This document shows positions 63,201-64,000 of a stretch of DNA of 64,000 bases, piece after piece. The position numbers and the translations under genes are program-made. Location: contig JBHGNT010000017.1 of the NCBI GenBank assembly GCA_043228905.1, positions 17,298,001 through 17,362,000 of the forward strand, read 5' to 3'. The notes beneath the pieces were generated by a model. It made no database searches. It was not told the origin of the DNA and was given only the letters and a program-made list of their open reading frames with translations. This DNA comes from Azolla caroliniana. Lineage: Eukaryota > Plantae > Polypodiophyta. The stretch's first letter is position 1, and each line of letters begins with the position of its first letter.

Positions 63201-64000
63201 TTATGTCGGTCAGGTGGATGAAAAGATTAAAACGAATCGCCACCTATTTGAAGAAGCGAAAACTCGAGGATTTTTGGTCGCTCATCCGAGCAGCAGCTCT
63301 CCTTACATGATCCCTAACACAAGTTTCGACGCAGCCATGGTCGACTTGACAAACAAAGAAGCATGTGAATGGTTGAAAGAAGTGATGCATAGCATGATCA
63401 AAACCGGGGTAAAAGGCTGGATGGCCGATTTCGGCGAGAGTCTTCCTCTCGATGCAAGGCTTCACTCGAACGAGGATCCGAAATCGGCACACAACAGATA
63501 CCCTGAGATGTGGGCCAAGTTAAACAGGGAGGTTGTGGAAGAAAATGGTGATGATGAGTTAGTCTTCTTCATGAGAGCCGCGTACATGAAGAGCCCGAGA
63601 TGGGCGAGCCTCTTTTGGGAAGGAGACCAGATGGTCAGCTGGCAACGCCATGACGGTATCAAGAGTGCTGTTGTGGGATTGCTCAGTGGTGGGATCTCTG
63701 GCTTTTCTTTCAACCACAGTGACATAGGTATGTAGAGCTTACATTCATCCATTTTAGGCATACAGTTTAGGGTTAGGGTTTAGGGTTTAGGCATACAGTT
63801 ATGCATCCATTTTAGGCATACAATTTAGGGTTTAGGGTTTAGGCATACAGTTATGCAGTATATTTCTTTACATATAGACAAAAGAGAATACAAGAAATCC
63901 ATGGATAAGCTTACATGGATGAGAGATCGAGCATTGCAGGTGGATATTGCACAGTGGACATGCCATTTCTTCGATATCGGCGGAGCGAGGAGCTCCTTCT
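60258..64000 (+). CDS. GH31 alpha-glucosidase, YihQ/sulfoquinovosidase-like; 3' end beyond the window
   Basis: Exons 60258-61552 (FFGFGEQFSYLNLKG, VQEQGLGRG), 61681-61813 (TTYAPVPYYITS), 62323-62538 (LPDW, GMQGG, WLQ), 62667-62822 (DWVGQRKTSIGWQLWWNW, YLNP), 63214-63727 (nucleophile GWMADFGE, HNRYP, acid/base WEGDQ, HSDIG) and 63940->64000 (GYCT...RRSEELL). Confidence 0.92.
62980..63180. repeat. ~37-bp intronic minisatellite (5-6 units)
   Basis: ATGAAATCTGAGAAACTAAGCAAATCCATCCTCATCC units arranged head-to-tail. Confidence 0.9.
63745..63856 (+). repeat. Intronic telomere-like TTTAGGG tracts inside a ~60-bp tandem duplication
   Basis: TTTAGGGTTAGGGTTTAGGGTTTAGG and TTTAGGGTTTAGGGTTTAGG. Confidence 0.85.

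Noticed and set aside
63766-63843. True telomere or chromosome end
   Set aside because: Only 3-4 units per tract, inside a GT-AG intron with coding sequence resuming at 63940.

Overview
Gene-dense, intron-rich, AT-rich nuclear DNA of a land plant. It is most likely a fern or another non-seed plant; this is inferred from the Fe-S-less APR-B gene and the style of the PLS-PPR gene and is not proven. I could splice together seven protein-coding genes by hand using GT-AG sites: an LRR1/LRP-type leucine-rich repeat protein (5' part, minus strand), APS reductase APR-B (minus), an intronless-looking PLS-E PPR editing factor (plus), HBS1 GTPase (minus), a DUF2358/NTF2-like plastid protein (minus), an hnRNP-R/Q-like triple-RRM protein with a Tyr heptad-repeat tail (plus), and a GH31 YihQ/sulfoquinovosidase-like glycosidase (5' part, plus). 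One intact tRNA-Ile(AAT) sits head-to-head with the PPR ORF, among several tRNA pseudogenes and SINE heads. Mobile DNA includes a three-level nest (a Copia with TG...TA LTRs inside the gag of another Copia, whose 5' LTR also holds a MITE), a deleted Copia, stacked LINE 3' ends in an HBS1 intron, and hAT MITEs with 8-bp TSDs. I see no CRISPR or prokaryote-type system. The best leads are: two sulfur-metabolism genes in one window; the (YGxxRxE)n tail; duplicated splice acceptors whose branch points are mutated in two different genes; and a CAGAR pentamer array in the same orientation at two gene starts. All coordinates were counted by eye and may be off by a few bases.
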